Source: Anaerolineae bacterium
Lineage (GTDB): Bacteria; Chloroflexota; Anaerolineae; SpSt-600
Direction: 5' to 3'
Assembly (NCBI GenBank): GCA_028275425.1
Contig: JAPWUT010000001.1
Location: 1-34,642 of the forward strand
DNA: 34,642 nucleotides
In this document: positions 33,601 to 34,642 of the stretch, piece by piece
Layout: each line of letters starts with the position of its first letter
Numbering within the stretch: position 1 is the stretch's first letter
Translations under genes and position numbers: made by a program
The notes under the pieces: model-generated
The model's input: only the letters and a program-made list of their open reading frames with translations
Databases searched by the model: none
Told to the model about the DNA's origin: nothing

Positions 33601-34642
33601 CCCGCCATCCTCCTCAACACCAACCAGGCGGTGACGCCCATTGACACCTGCTACACTCGCACCGTCACGGTAACGGTGAAGAACGCCGGTCTCCTCAGCG
33701 TCTACTCCGCCACCCTCACCGAGACCCTGCCGACGGGCCTGTCCTATGTGACAAACACCACCCAGGTGAGCACCGACACGGTGAACTGGCAGGCCGGGCC
33801 GAACCCAACCATCAGCGGGCAGGACCTCATCTGGGGCCCGGAGAGCGGTGAGCCGCTCAATACGCTCCTTTCCCGCATCCGCCCCGGCGAGACGGTCTAC
33901 CTGCGCTACGACGTCTACGCCTCCTGCCCGTTTGCGGGCGGGCAACTGCGCATCCAGACCGGCTACCGGGATACCTGCGGGACTCCTTACCTCACCGAGG
34001 CGTCCTACTTCATTATGCCGGTCCGCACGGCGAACCTTTCCATCGTGAAGGTGGGGGAGAACCTGAGCCGGACCTCTCCGTCTCCTGAGATGATTTACGC
34101 CGAGCCGGGGGAGACGGTAGTCTTTACCATCACCGTCTCCAACCCCGGCAGCGCCGCCCCGGCCCACGAGGTAGTGGTGACCGATACCCTGCCAGGCAAC
34201 CTGGTCTTCCAGGGCGCCACCCCCGGCTACACCGGTCCCGCGCCCGGCTCTCTGGGCGGGGTGGTCACCTGGACCTTTGACATCATCACGCCGGCCACGT
34301 CCGTCGTCCTGACCGTCACCACTGTGGTCAGTCAGCCGGAAGGGTGTACGGTCACCGACACCGTCAACGCCGCCGAGGTCTCCTGGGGTTGCCCCGACGG
34401 CTGCCGCCAGAGCGCCCGCTCCGACCGGGTCATCCTGCGCACCCGGCCGGTCTATCAGCCCCCTGTCATCCAGACCGACATCCCACCCGCCACTCTCCAC
34501 CAGTGCGGCGGCCAAATCACCGTCACGCTGAACAACCAGGGTCCGCCCGCCTACAACGTGACCCTCACCGACACCCTGCCCTCCGGCTATGCCTACAGCG
34601 GGACGGTCGGGGCCAGCACGCCACCCTCCGGTACGGTGGACC
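30652..34642 (+). CDS. Very large DUF11 (conserved repeat domain) surface protein with N-terminal TM anchor; 3' end off-window
   Basis: My by-eye codon-by-codon translation found no in-frame stop from ATG 30652 (RBS AAGGGGG) to the window end, at least 1330 codons. The frame was confirmed arithmetically at two checkpoints (31321 and 34141), and DUF11-type motifs recur throughout. The ORF is not in the track because no stop is reached. Repeated DUF11-type blocks include VVTWTVYIENTGYGNVYNVRVTDTLGSGLQYVSG, VVTWTLIAYNSGAGPAYSVVLTDLLGSGLRYEDSS, TVVFTITVSNPGSAAPAHEVVVTDTLPGNLVF and QITVTLNNQGPPAYNVTLTDTLPSGYAY. Third codon positions are strongly C/G. Confidence 0.85.
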   Translation, partial: MALLLLPLVFSFGSFAALAFALRFYRHDRKALTRRKQKFEVPLRFEFNSIPNLIALISLFTSFLPAPSLPAQASQPLDESLPSYPANITPTPKTCSNFCPLPNNLLSDESHHSITSITVTGPSAPINNCDVVTFTIVAVNDTVTTTNVIITSTMPAGFEPTEPVVFKVDTVEPGEVITRYAVFSATCSAVSGQNVVTLTQDGGPTIVKYTDFVVNPGAITVRKEPAVIKAAPDEVVTWTVYIENTGYGNVYNVRVTDTLGSGLQYVSGLTSAYVISIPVGGVVTFPIAARVVGCSNLENVVTATWGCNGQMCLTPQTAKGAVDLEMRNPVLKFSLPAFNVTYCDGYGVFTIPITNTGDGTAYSGTLAVDLSPFNVSVAPPASYSSGAFYLPPIPPGQTYNLVFTLTLPSAVCTMPRSGTFNFDLTYYDRCGDLYTELPQSASWNLVNAPGQLSVSKSMPREVYRGENVAATITVNASGISGTVVVTDQVPAGWSVVNAAGGNVFTVGGVTYITWTLTGTATLNPVFATPDAATGCAYCGTAATNIVTATASDCQNCLQAATDQATTYIQCHEPVATTSKQVSGPAETCTDPAYTYTNTYHFAGTFIVTPTWQGMVFTETLPYQTYVTGSASVWMSDGSITCTAAFSADVVGGRLVISNISPTCPITVPGATMWISYQTAVGEPARCSDFEWYDWSYLNLGVTGNAECAADGVIEEGVFVQTLAPAMSLSLSGLPPNVSSCGVYTVTLTAQRSSSVPAYDVVVDVPTSTYAVLDVLGFSGATPIYTETDSLGYHWYYSDTFATATTGTVQLRVQLRCGSGTAPFQGTLHYDNRCADDSTYQKQCSTGGTLGSPPVVQPLPIMTKFPEVIYAHGDVVTWTLIAYNSGAGPAYSVVLTDLLGSGLRYEDSSITSTQGSVAGVTPITSSNLVTWNLPVIQPKEKVTIQYVAEIIGCADLTNRFAGVQGCLGQTCQSGGPVFSRVEIPPAILLNTNQAVTPIDTCYTRTVTVTVKNAGLLSVYSATLTETLPTGLSYVTNTTQVSTDTVNWQAGPNPTISGQDLIWGPESGEPLNTLLSRIRPGETVYLRYDVYASCPFAGGQLRIQTGYRDTCGTPYLTEASYFIMPVRTANLSIVKVGENLSRTSPSPEMIYAEPGETVVFTITVSNPGSAAPAHEVVVTDTLPGNLVFQGATPGYTGPAPGSLGGVVTWTFDIITPATSVVLTVTTVVSQPEGCTVTDTVNAAEVSWGCPDGCRQSARSDRVILRTRPVYQPPVIQTDIPPATLHQCGGQITVTLNNQGPPAYNVTLTDTLPSGYAYSGTVGASTPPSGTVD

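Noticed and set aside
31534-34515. Long minus-strand ORFs 31534..32451 (305 aa) and 32965..34515 (516 aa), plus off-frame plus-strand ORFs 31091..31417, 32127..32720 and 33177..33644
   Set aside because: These are Gly/Arg/Ala/Val-rich shadows typical of high-GC3 coding DNA. The sense frame starting at 30652 carries clear DUF11 repeat motifs throughout.

Overview
The window is about 34.6 kb of bacterial chromosome with tightly packed, often translationally coupled genes. Sigma70-type promoters recur as TTGaca, a 16-17 nt spacer, then TAnAAT, often with a TGn extension. Gene content hints at an anaerobic or thermophilic monoderm lineage such as Chloroflexota, but that is a guess. Left to right: the 3' end of an off-window gene; an M28-like aminopeptidase-fold protein; a TPR protein; a small P-loop ATPase; a 0.8-kb tandem array of a structured ~153-bp repeat; mrp/apbC; a second, inverted copy of the repeat. 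A minus-strand operon follows (double HdrA/BamE-like flavoprotein, Mo-hydroxylase large subunit, yhhQ, era). Divergent from it is a plus-strand operon: gcvH-like lipoyl carrier, lplA, hdrC, hdrB, hdrA with an in-frame UGA (selenocysteine) and SECIS-like hairpin, an HgdB/BcrC-family protein, and tungsten-type aor. Then come a third copy of the repeat, an FmdB zinc-ribbon gene with terminator, and a solitary TnpB-like RuvC nuclease that has no zinc finger and no tnpA. Next are tdh, ptb, cutA, rnz, a LuxR-TM-Kelch protein, tRNA-Gln(UUG) and upp. The right end is a cell-surface locus: two Pro/Thr-rich small proteins (one a minimal LPXTG substrate) and a DUF11-repeat ORF of more than 1330 aa. That ORF runs off the window, is missing from the ORF track, and has visibly higher G+C than the rest of the window. 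The leads most worth following are the lipoyl-carrier/ligase + HdrCBA(Sec) + HgdB-like + AOR operon, the zinc-finger-less TnpB-like gene, and the hairpin-rich 153-bp repeat family. All functional calls come from motif recognition by eye; no database search was possible.
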